Assembly (NCBI GenBank): GCA_951406725.2
Contig: OX597831.1
Coordinates: 42,098,001 to 42,162,000 of the forward strand
Length of the DNA stretch: 64,000 nt
Direction: 5' to 3'
Origin: Octopus vulgaris
Taxonomy: Eukaryota
The notes below the pieces were generated by a model. That model did not search any database. It saw only the letters and a list, made by a program, of their open reading frames with translations, and was not told the DNA's origin. Below are positions 12,766 to 23,912 of the stretch, piece by piece; the first letter of the stretch is position 1, and each line of letters begins with the position of its first letter. A program made the translations under genes and the position numbers.

Positions 12766-13769
12766 GTGGGGTTGCAAAAACTTCATAATTTCTTTTTATA
12801 GCATATAAATGTATTTATGGGGGAAAAATACATATGAGAGTGATAAAGAAACTAGGAAAGTTGTCTTTGGATATGCAAAAAAAACCCAGCCAAATCACCC
12901 TTAAATGACTTACTTTTCTCTCTGAAAATATTAACAATTTAAATTTTTTTTTTCCCAAAATGCTCTTCCCATGGTTTTGAAGTGCAAAAAAAAAATTGGC
13001 CAAAATAGGTCCAGAGTGTGATAAAGAAGGAGGGGGTTGTAAAAAAAAGAGTTAACAAACCTTTTTTCATACAAAGATGCCCCACCCATCACTTCATCAT
13101 TTCAAAGGCTGTTGTTTAAAAAAATGAGAAAAATTCCTGAAAAAAATTTTCCCCACAAATTTCTATATAATCTATGCTGTTTGAAAAGGATTTGTATAAA
13201 TTTTTATGAAAGTTATGAGGGGGAAAAGTCAGTTCATGTGAATTTTTCAAAACTCATCTCTCTACCCCCTTGCAAAAATTCTTTCTCATAAATCCCTATA
13301 TACTCTGAATCAACAACATCTAAGTGGTATTTGTAGAAAATTTTTATAAAAAGTATCTATTTTCCTGGATGTCATGAGGCAACAAAGTTGGGGGCATATA
13401 CATCTGTAGTTATGCTGTTTTATTTATACGATTTTTTCATTTCATGTTTATTTCATTCATTGTTTGTAATGTTCTCTCTCACACATACACTGCAAAGCTT
13501 AGAGAAGGGCCACTGAATTAAAACCTTTATGTTGCTTTGAGGGGAAGGTAAAACTTGACAAACTGCTCCTCCCACTGTTGTTGGACTACTGTGATGTTTG
13601 TTTAAAAAAGAAATTATGACTGTGATAAAATAATGAAAGCAGTTCTTACTAGGCAAGTGAGCACTATTATATAAAGAAATAATTAGACATAGAATATAAG
13701 AATTATTAAAATTGGGAATCAAACATGAAAATAATATCAAGGGGATATACATATATATCTATGCATAAT

Positions 13770-13861
13770 TAAAGATAGTTATGGCTGGTCTGTGGGGTTA
13801 CTCAAGGTTTCGTGTCTGTGAAACCCTGGGTCGCCCACCAGATCAGCCATAACTATCTTTA
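13770..13861. repeat. 92-nt imperfect hairpin
   Basis: Outer arms taaagatagttatggctggtctg / cagatcagccataactatcttta, inner pairing ggtttc/gaaacc. Confidence 0.85.
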
Positions 13862-13972
13862 TCTAATTACTCTACTGCTCTTTAAGATAGTGTACTTCAG
13901 GTTTATGATTTACTGACAATATATATATATACATATACATATATATACATATACATGTATACATATATATAT

Positions 13973-14270
13973 GGAGGCGCAATGGCCCACTGGTTAGGGC
14001 AGCGGACTTGCGGTTGTAGGATCATGGTTTCGATTCCCAGACCAGGAGTTGTGAGTGTTCATTGAATGAAAACACCTAAAGTTCCACGAGGCTCTGGCAG
14101 GGGGTGGGGGTGGCGATCCCCGCTGTACTCTTTTGCCACAACTTTCTCTCACTCTTTCTTCTGTTGGCCTGCTCACTTAGCTTGAAGGCTAAAAAACAAT
14201 GTGAAGTGCATTGTGACCAGCGATGTTTAGCAACATCTGATAGCCTGGCTGGTCACGGTGATCACAGTGA
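13973..14270 (+). mobile_element. tRNA-derived SINE (second copy at 21989-22300)
   Basis: A-box tggcccactggttagg, B-box ggtttcgattccc, shared body, (TA)n flanks. Confidence 0.85.
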
Positions 14271-14339
14271 TATATATATATATATATCCCCCATCCCAGG
14301 GTCTTACCAGTCCACACCATCTACATCCTCAGAGTTGGC

Positions 14340-15062
14340 ACACTTAATGTTGGCACATTGAAAGGTAGGTCTGGTGAGATCATTGAAATGCTTGAATGGA
14401 GAAATGTAGATTTGTGCTGCATCTAAGAAGTTAGGTGGAGAGGAATCTCTGTAGGTTCCTCACAGGCAAAGAATATAGGTATAAGATTTTCTGAGTAGGG
14501 AATACTGACGGGGTTGGGGGCATGGGTATACACCTTGTGGAGAAATGGATTGATAAGGTAATCAAAGTAGACAGAATCTGGGACTTAAGCTTAGACTGGT
14601 GCTGTAACATGGATTAGCAACAATTATCTCAGCCTATACTCCTCAGCCAGGGCAACCTGATGAACAGTAAGATCGATTTTCTGACACTCTCTTGCAGACT
14701 ACCTCATCAACAAATAACAGGGACCTTCTCTTTGTGGCTGGCAAATTCAGTGGGCATGTTGGACAATCTCCAGGGAGCTTCCATGGTGTACATGGTGGCT
14801 ATGGGTTTGGTTCCCACAATGAGGAGGGAACCAGGCTGCTGGAGTCCTGCGATGCAAATGATCTTATGATTTGTAATACTAACGTCAGGAAACCTGCCAG
14901 TCACCTGTTCACCTACCAGTCTGGTGGGCACACTAGTCAGATTGACTACATTCTCTCCATGAACTGGGAAAGATGGCTACTTATAAATGCCCCAACTTTC
15001 CTAGGTGAAGAATGCACCCCAACATAGGTTAGTAGTTAGTGACTTCAGGATCAGGGCTAAAT
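14340..15062 (+). mobile_element. RTE LINE 5' fragment (APE endonuclease)
   Basis: GHVG...HGGYGFGSHNEEGTRLLE.C.ANDLMICNT, FTYQSGGHTSQIDYIL. Confidence 0.88.
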
Positions 15063-15311
15063 ATACATACATGCATACATGTATATATACGATGGACTTT
15101 GTCACAGTTTCCATCTACCCAATTCTCTCACAGGGCATTAATTCAGCTTGGGGAAATAGCAGAAGATAGAGGTGGAAGGTGCCATGCAGCAGGACTGCAC
15201 TTGAGACCACATGGCTGCAATGCTAACTTCTTAACCACATAACCATATCAACACCTAAACCCATGCCTGAAAAGATATTGAAAGCATTGATAGAAAGAAG
15301 ACAATTCTTAC

Positions 15312-15380
15312 CTGGAGATCGGCAGTTTAGTGAGGTCTGTCCAATAAGAACTTGCTTCAGATATATATATATATATAAAT
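15312..15380 (-). promoter_or_regulatory. Candidate TATA/Inr promoter and short non-coding exon 1 of the secreted-peptide gene
   Basis: TATA-like run about 30 nt upstream of an Inr-like TCACT (15329-15333), then a CAG|GTAAG donor at 15312/15311 in unique sequence. Linkage to exon 1193 is inference. Confidence 0.4.
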
Positions 15381-15997
15381 ATATATGTATATATTTAATC
15401 TATATCAGTCACCTTATGCTTAATTCTCATTAAACTGAGTTTTCACGTTATCATATCTGTGTCCGTTCAAGAAACCAAGTCACAAGATAATGTTATAAAA
15501 TCATATTGGGGTCAGTTTTAGTGATTAATAAAGCCTACAAATATATTTTTATATATATATGTGTATGTATATGTGTATGTGCTTACATATGTATCTATGT
15601 ATGTATGCGTATGTATGTGTGTGTATGTATGTATCTATGTATATGTGTGTATGTATGTATGTATGTATGTCATTATTCAGTTTTATTTTAAGGTTTCTTG
15701 CCAACAGAGAAAGGGCTGGTTTCTAACCTAGATCCAAATCTCCTTCATTGGAATTATTTTTGTATGTAGTTATTCGTGCAGATTTGTATGTTTTATTTTA
15801 TGTATGTATTCTCATGTATATAGTTGCATGTTTAGACATGCACATGATGTATGTATGTATGTATGTATCTTCTTCTTCTCTAATTTAGAGTTATTTCTGA
15901 CTGGTTACCTACTTGGTTACAAGGTTTTGAAGGAAAACATTTTGTCTTATTCATCATCCTTTAAATCTTAGGAAGGTCTTGCAGATTTTTGTTTGTT

Positions 15998-16037
<40 letters not shown>

Positions 16038-16122
16038 CACACACTGTATTCTTGAGCAAAGTACTTCATTTCATGTTGCTTTGTGATCACTTCAACATCT
16101 GACATGCTGCACACTGTATACC

Positions 16123-16580
16123 TACGAGGTGGTATCAAAAAGTTCCCAGACTAAGTCTGTAGCATGCCAACAGATGGCAGCACACAGTTTCGTGAGTAGC
16201 TAGTGCTAGCAGTGACCTTTATGACACAGTGTGCTGAGTGACATTGCTGTGTTTACTTTGCAAGTTGTGAAATTTGTGTTTTTGTGATCACACATATGCT
16301 GTAGTCTGTGATTTTGTCATAGACAGGTACAAGGAACCAACATGAAATTTTCTGTTAACCTTGGGAGGTCTGCTACAGAGACATTGAGCATGCTTTGGCG
16401 ATGAGGCAATGGGTCGTATGCAATGCTTCGAGTGGCATGGGCACATCAAAACTGGATGAGCATCCATGGAAGATGATGAGTTATCTGGAAGACCCGCCAT
16501 GAGTGTTACCTCCAGAAATGTGGTATTGTGCATAAACAATTCATCCCCCAGGGACAGACCAATAACAATGAAGAATTTTG
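16123..16580 (+). mobile_element. Mariner remnant (left end plus N-terminal HTH)
   Basis: TA-CGAGGTGGTATCAAAAAGTTCC TIR-like start and a degenerate transposase N-terminus (FEWH..G..SMEDDE.SGRP). Confidence 0.7.
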
Positions 16581-17855
16581 GGAAAATGACTTTGATATTA
16601 AGCTGGTGTTTTGAACATAAATTTACATGAAATTTTGGAGGAAATTTTTTTAATTTAAGTCACTTTCACCTTTTTGATACTAACCCACCTGGGACTTCCC
16701 CTAGTGTCATGAAAGAAATTTCTGGTTTGGAAGAGATTTAAATTAAAACCTTCCATCAAATTTGTTTCAAATATCAACTTAATATTGACAAAGTTATTTT
16801 ATAAAATTCTTCATAATTTAAAAATTTATTTGCAACAAAGATAGTGTATTTCCATAGAAATATGGTAACAAATCACAGAATCAAGAATAATTTGAATCAT
16901 AGAACCAGGAATAATTTCAGACAGGTTGGTAACCAAAGAATCAGTGGCTTACAACTCTATTGGAAAAGAATATTTAACTGATAATGGCATTTAATAGAAA
17001 TTTCTTCGTAAATTGTGTTCTGTAGTATATTTCCAACAAATGAGAATATACTCTTCCCCCATCATTTGGTAATGAATACATTCATTCATAGACATAAATA
17101 TTTCATTCATAAATACAAATGATTCATTCATAAATATAAGTAAGAGTACAATCCTATCTATGTATTCATTCATGTAGTAATGACATTACAGATTCAGATA
17201 CGTGTTTCTGGTTAAGTCAGACATCATAGAAATGAATGTTAAATGTTCTTCCTAACTGGGAACAAGGCTTGTTGATATTGTTGTTGTTTGACTGTAGGTC
17301 AGTCCTAATCCAGCAGATTTATGATGAAAGATGTACCAGCCTTGAACATTCTTTTTTTTTTTTTTCTGTATATCCAGGATTACATTTACCAATATTCTTT
17401 TCTACTCTAGGCAAAAGACCTGAAATTTTTTTGGGGAGGGGGCCAGTCGATTAGATCAACCTCAGTATGCAACTGGTACTTAATTTATTGACCCCGAAAG
17501 GATGATAAGTGAAGTTGACCTTGGCAGAATTTTAACTCAGAATGTAAAGACAAATGAAATACTGCTTAGCAATTCACCTGGCGTACTAATGTTTCTGCCA
17601 GCTCACTGCCTTTACATTTACCAATATTACAGTTTGCGTGTGAGCATGTACATATCTATCTATCTATCTCTCTACACACATGTGCGTACATACACACACA
17701 TTACAAAAAGCACTGTAAAGGTGACGTGCAAGATTGCATAGTGTTTCCACAACTGTTATGTAATTATTACAGCATTTTGATGAAATGTATGTCCCATAAA
17801 GCATTGAATACTATATCTGTTTTCTGTTAGCTATGTCCATTTTAGATGTTTAAAA

Positions 17856-17938
17856 TTTTATCTGATGATGGTGGATTGTATATATATATATATAACAGCA
17901 TTAAATAAATTATATTCTACTGAAACAGCTGTTGTAAA
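17856..17938 (+). ncRNA. Minimal hammerhead with (TA)n inside stem II
   Basis: tttat-CTGATGA-tggtgga...ttctact-GAAA-cagct-GTT-gtaaa. Palindromic AACAGCTGTT. Confidence 0.6.
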
Positions 17939-19526
17939 CTTTAAACACCCTTTGTGTTTATACATGTGTGTGACAATCAGTTTAACTTCCACTCTTCTGT
18001 GCTTGCAAGGGTCAGACGGAATTTATTGAAGCAGATTTCCTCTGGCTGGATGTCCTTCCTCTTGCCAATTTTTACCTGTTTCCAAGCAAATGATATTTTC
18101 CCACAGCTATGCATATTTTTGTGGAAGACTGGAAAAGACCAATACCATTTGTATGACAGTGTTGCTTATTTACTACTGGTGCACAATGTGCACAAGGAAA
18201 CTAAAAAAAACATGAGTGTGTATATACCCAACTCCTCCTCCTCCTCTACATCATCATTTTAAATTTGTTTGTATGCTGACATGGTTCAGACACTTCCACA
18301 GAATTTACTTTTTTTGTTGATCTTACCATCACAGTAACCAGCATTCTAAGTTCAAATTCTGCCATGGTTGACTTTGGTTTTCATCCTTTAGGGGTTGATT
18401 AAATAAGTACCAGTTATGCACTGAGATTGATATAATTGACTTAATCCCTCCCACTAATTCCAGGCCAGTAGAAAGGATTGTTGCGGTTCATTTTGTCTAG
18501 AAAGGGAAGAGAAATCCAATAATAAAAATCAAAATAGACATTACTAATTTTCTTCCTTAGTTCATGGGTTTATCTAATGAATACCTATTTTAATTGGATT
18601 CTTAATTGAATTTCTCTTCCCTTTCTTGACAAAATGAATCCCAATATCACTGATGAGTAATATTCTTCCACTGTTACATATCATCATCAATATTTAACAT
18701 CTGTATTCCATGCTGGCATGGGTTGGACAGTTTGACCAGAGCTGGCAAGCTGAAAGGCTGCACCAGACTCAGGTCTTATTTGGCATTGTTTCTATGGCTG
18801 GATGCCCTTCCTAATGTCAACCACTCCAAGAGTGTAATGGGTGCTTTTATGTGCCACTGGCATGGGTGCCATTTGCACGACACCAGTATCTACCATGACT
18901 GTAATCTTACTTGGCTTGATGGGTCTTCTTCTCAAGCATGGCAATGCAAAAGGTCTCAGTCATTGTCTCCATGAGGCCCAACACTCAAAAGGAACTTTTC
19001 CAGTGCCACCAGCATCAGTTTCTTTGATTCTGTAAGGCTCAATACTTGAAAGGTGCATTTTATGTACCACTGGCACACATACCAGTTATGTGATTCCAGC
19101 ATCAGCCATAACTATGATTTCACTTGGCTTGAATGGTTTTCTCAAGCACAGCATATTGCCAAAGGTTTTGGTCACTAGTCACTGCCTCAAAGTTTGCAGA
19201 TCATGCATCACCACCTTGTCCCATGTCTTCCTCGGTCTACCTCTTCCACAGTTAGTGATCAACACTTGTTTACACAGCTGTCCTTGTCCATATGCATCAA
19301 ATGACCATATAAGCTACTTCTAGTTTTTCCCCCTGGCTGTTGATAGAGTCTATTTTCTGTACATTTTCAGTGTTTATTGTACCTGTGCATCTTCCACACA
19401 CAAGAACTATTTTCCCTGTTAAACGGCCTCTGATATTACTGCACCTCTTATGTGTCCATAGCTTACACTGGATACATCTTATGGAGTTTCTATTTATGCC
19501 TTTTTTACAAATACGTTCAACTTACC

Positions 19527-19616
19527 TCTCTCTGATGATGGAATAATCAGTCTATGGAATTCTTGCTTGCTATTATATTCCAATAGCTGGGATATTCTAG
19601 AAACAGTTGTTAGAGA
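19527..19616 (+). ncRNA. Minimal hammerhead ribozyme
   Basis: tctct-CTGATGA-tggaata...tattcta-GAAA-cagtt-GTT-agaga. Stem I is 5 bp and stem II is long. Confidence 0.72.
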
Positions 19617-20025
19617 CTTATGTAAAACTTTTTATTGTATAGATAAATTAAATATCCTTGTCAAATCTTGCCAAACCATTTGCCTTTTCACTTCAGCTTT
19701 AATCTATACCTACTGGCTCAAGAGGAAGCCACTTCTAGTCGTTTTAGAAAGGTAGTCACAAAATCATATTTTCAACTGCAGTTCAAACCATAAATTTAGT
19801 GGCATACCAAATTGAGAACTCAGAGTATATACCTGAGTTTGAGCCACCCCGAGAAAAACTCCTTGGATCTTTTACATCATCATTGTTAATGTCCTCCTTC
19901 CATGATGGCATGGGTAGGACGGTATATATATATATACATGGGTTTCTGCAATTTCTGTCAACCAAATTCACTCATAAGGCACTATTTGGCCAAGAGATGT
20001 AGCATGTAGCAGAACTGCACAGTGG

Positions 20026-20255
20026 GCAGCGAGCTGGCAGAAATGTTACCACACCGGGTGAAATGCTTAGCAGTATTTCATCTACCGTTATGTTCTGAGT
20101 TCAAATTCTGCCGAGGTCGACTTTGCCTTTCATCCTTTCAGGGTTGATAAATTAAGTACCAGTTATGCACTGGGGTCAATGTAATTGACTTAATCCCTTT
20201 GTCTGTTCTTGTTTGTCCCCTCTATGTTTAGCCCCTTGTGGGCAATAAAGAAATA
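20026..20255 (+). mobile_element. CORE-type tRNA SINE (many copies: 17398-17611, 32320-32515, 39543-41120 cluster, 44844-45274)
   Basis: gagctggcagaa...gagttcaaattctgccgaggtcgactttgcctttcatcctttc...taagtaccag. Confidence 0.85.
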
Positions 20256-20468
20256 AGAACTGCACAGTGGGACTGAACCCAAGACCACATGGTTGCAAAG
20301 TGAGCTTCTTAGCCACATGCCATGTCTGTTTCAAGCCATGGGGTACAGAAATATAAGAAAATAACTAAAAGTATTTTTGCCTGATGCTCTACCAATTATG
20401 CCACCCACTTCATTTCAATGGAAATAAAATTAATAACAACAACAGCATTAATAACAGCTTTAGATGAA

Positions 20469-20493
20469 TTTATTTTTGGAAGGAAAATTTATT
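20469..20493 (-). terminator. Candidate polyadenylation signals of CRYZL1 (two AATAAA)
   Basis: AATAAA at 20488-20493 and 20469-20474 on the minus strand, just downstream of the stop codon. Confidence 0.45.
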
Positions 20494-20528
20494 TACAAAT
20501 TAACAAATTAACAGTGATGGCTGGTTGC

Positions 20529-20625
20529 TCAGAACTGGACAATTGTCTTCCCCATAATTTTATCAGATATTGATAGCAAATTACTCACAGCTTCATCAAC
20601 TTGGATGATTTTCGATATATTCACT
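20529..20625 (-). CDS. CRYZL1: CRYZL1 last coding exon (KVNISKIIQVDEAVSNLLSISDKIMGKTIVQF*)
   Basis: ttcttcttctag acceptor. Ends K.IVQF-stop like the CRYZL1 C-terminus. Total CDS 1074 nt, in frame. Confidence 0.9.
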
Positions 20626-21129
20626 CTAGAAGAAGAAGAAAAAAAACATGAAAAGAAATCAACATTATATATACCTTGTCTTTTACTTGTTTCAGTCATT
20701 TGACTACGGCCAGGCTGGAGCACCACCTTGAAGGGTTTTAGTAGAACAAATAGACCCCAGGACTTATAATTTTTAAGACTAGTACTTATTTTATCAGTCA
20801 ATTTTGCTGAACTGCTAATTTATGGAGATGTAAACGCACCAACACTGGTTGTCATGTGATGATGGGGAACAAACACAGACACACACACATAGATATATAT
20901 ACAAATAATTATATATATATATATATATTCTTTTATTGTTTTATTTGTTTCAATCATTTGACTGTGGCCATGCTGGAGCACCACCTTTAATTGTAAGCCT
21001 AATACTTATTCTATTGGTGTCTTTTGCTAAGTTACACTAAGTTACAGGCAGGTAAACACACTAACATCGGTTGTCTAATGATGGTGAGGGAACAAGCACA
21101 GATACACAAACATATACACATGCATGCAT

Positions 21130-21164
<35 letters not shown>

Positions 21165-21404
21165 CGATAGGCTTCTTTCAGTTTCTGTCTACGAAATCCA
21201 CTCACAAGGCTTTGGTTGGCCAAAGGCTATAGTAGAAGACACTTGCCCAAGGTGCCACACAGTGGGACTGAACCCAGAACCATGTGGTTGGTAAGCAAGC
21301 TACTTACCACACAGCCACTATATATATATATATATATACGACAGGCTTCTTTCAGTTTCTGTCGACCAAATCCACTCAAAAGATTTGTTCAAAGTGCAAC
21401 ATAA

Positions 21405-21493
21405 TGAGACTAAACCCGGAACCATATGGTTGAGAAGCAGGCTGTATGGTAAGAAGCCTGCTTCTCAATCATATGGTTCCAGGTTCAGTCTCA
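21405..21493. repeat. SINE-head fold-back hairpin (about 39-bp arms)
   Basis: tgagactaaacccggaaccatatggttgagaagcaggct / agcctgcttctcaatcatatggttccaggttcagtctca. Confidence 0.85.
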
Positions 21494-21509
21494 CCTGAGG
21501 CTATATATG

Positions 21510-21975
21510 TATATATGGAAAAACCATTACTGCAGAAATATATTGTCATGAAATTGCCAAAATGAATGAAAAACTGCTACTCCTCCATCCCAGACTAGTC
21601 AACAGAAGAGGGCCAATCATTCTTCATGTCAATGCTTGACCACACATTTTACTAATGACACTCCAGAAGTTGAGTGAACTTGGCTACAACATTCTTCCCC
21701 ACCCAGCTTATTCCTCAGACCTTTCTCCTACTGACTACCACTTTTTCAAGCACCTTGATGGTTTCATGCGAGAGAAGTTAAAAAATGAAACTGATGCTGA
21801 AAGTGCATTCAAAGAGTACGTCAGCTCCAGAACTCCAGATTTTAATGTTGCTGGAATAAACAAACTTGTAACTCGTGGGCAAAAATGTGTTGATGAATAA
21901 AATTACCGCATTGTTGAAATATATTGTGATGAATTTCATGTTTCAAGATGTTGCTTACTTTTTACTCAGCCTGAT
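21510..21975 (+). mobile_element. Mariner transposase C-terminal remnant
   Basis: LPHPAYSSDLSPTDYHFFKHL (YSPDL motif), GINKLVTRGQKCVD. Confidence 0.92.
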
Positions 21976-22302
21976 ATATATATATATATGGAGGCGCAAT
22001 GGCCCAGTGGTTAGGGCAGCAGACTTGCGGTCGTAGGATTGCAGCTTCGATTCCCAGACTGGGCGTTGTGAGTGTGTTTATTGAGTGAAAACACCTAAAG
22101 CTCCACGAGGCTCCTGCAGGGGGTGGTGGCAATCTCTGCTGTACTCTTTCGCCACAACTTTCTCTCACTCTTTCTTCTGTTGGCCTGCTCGCTTAGCCAG
22201 CGGGGTGGCATCATTTGAAGGCTAAAGCAATGTGAAGCACATTGTGACTAGCAATGTGTAGCAACATCTGATAGCCTGGTCAGTCACGGTGATCATGGTG
22301 AT

Positions 22303-22336
<34 letters not shown>

Positions 22337-23120
22337 TCAAATATGAACTAAATTATTCATTATTATTCATTATGTTTATATATATAATAAACATATACAT
22401 ATGATGGACTTCATTCAGTTTTAACTGGTAAATCCATTCACATGGTTTGGGTTGGCTCAAGGTTATTGCAGAAGACACTTGCCCAAGGTATTGTGCCATG
22501 GAATTGAATACAAGACCACATTGTTGTAAAGCAAGCTTCTTAACTGCAGAGCCATACTTACACATACACACACACACACACATGCATATACATATCATCA
22601 TTATTTTTATGTATTTTTTTTTTTGTGAGCATGGGTTGGACAGGTTAGTTTCATCACCATGTCATGTCATACGTTCTTTCCTTCATGAAGCTCAACATCC
22701 TGAGATCAAACCCTACCACTTCTATCCACATTTCTTCATTTTTCCTCTTCCCCAAACTCCTTCCAAACTGCCATCACAGGCACTCTTTTACCCAACAATC
22801 ATTCTTCCTACACATCAAATATCCATTCAATTACAGTTTTACTTCTAGCACACTACAGCAGAAACCTCTAATCACTAAACTTTCAGTATACTCATGCTCT
22901 ATCATCCAGGCATATCGACATTACACATCCAATGGTACATGTCCATCTTATTTTTCTTTAGTTTTCACACATATCTTCTACATCCAATATCAACATTCTG
23001 CTATCATGCAATATCATATCTTATACATAAAACATCATACAGTCTGTTCTTCATTCAAAAAGGAAAGTCCTCTTTTACCAACTCTGCTAACAGATGTCAG
23101 TTGGTTCCATTAGAGGTAAT

Positions 23121-23450
23121 AGGAGCACCCCGTCAGTTATGACGACGAGGGTCCCAGCTGATACGGTCAACGGAACAGCTTGCTCGTGAAATTAACGTGC
23201 AAGTGACTGAGCATTCCACAGACACGTGTACCTTTAACGTAATTCGTAAGGAGATTCAGCATGACACAGAGTGTGACAAGGCTGGCCCTTTTTTGAAATA
23301 CAGGTACTACTCATTTTTGCCAGCTGAGTAAACTGGAGCAACGTGAAATAAAGTGTCTTGCTCAAGGACACAATGCGTCGCCAGGAATCGAACTCACAAC
23401 CTTACAATCATGAGCTGAATGCCCTAACCACTAAGCCATGCACCCTCACT
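23121..23450 (-). mobile_element. tRNA-derived SINE
   Basis: Minus-strand head tggcttagtggttagggc...gagttcgattcctgg, followed by a ccttgagcaagacacttta core. Confidence 0.8.
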
Positions 23451-23861
23451 ACATTAGAGGTAATACTTTTCATTAAAATACTATAATGCAACTTTCGCTC
23501 AGAAAAGCTTCCTAAATGCATTCGTACAAAATTTAAGACAGATAAATTTTCCCAAATGATAATCTTCTCACACTATTATCAATGATCTTTACCTGTATAC
23601 TGCATTTGCATATGTGTGAAAGCATGCTATCTCTGTTTCGGTGCATATCTGTAAGTGAGCATACATCTGTCTGTGCGCATGATCTTTAATGTTTTTATGA
23701 CCTCATTCATTTTATGTTCCTCATTCTCAATTCATCTCCATTCAACTTTCCTTATTCTTGAATGTTGATAAATCTAGAAATTCATTGAATTTGTTGCCTT
23801 GCATATTTTACTTTTGCTTCATACCTCAAATGTTGATCCTTCCTACCTACCTCCCTCCATA

Positions 23862-23912
<51 letters not shown>

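Noticed and set aside
13973-14050. tRNA genes
   Set aside because: The tRNA-like heads continue into SINE bodies and lack a full cloverleaf.
18487-18670. Imperfect hairpin followed by CTGATGA
   Set aside because: No downstream GAAA or stem III before the SINE starts. At most a truncated motif.
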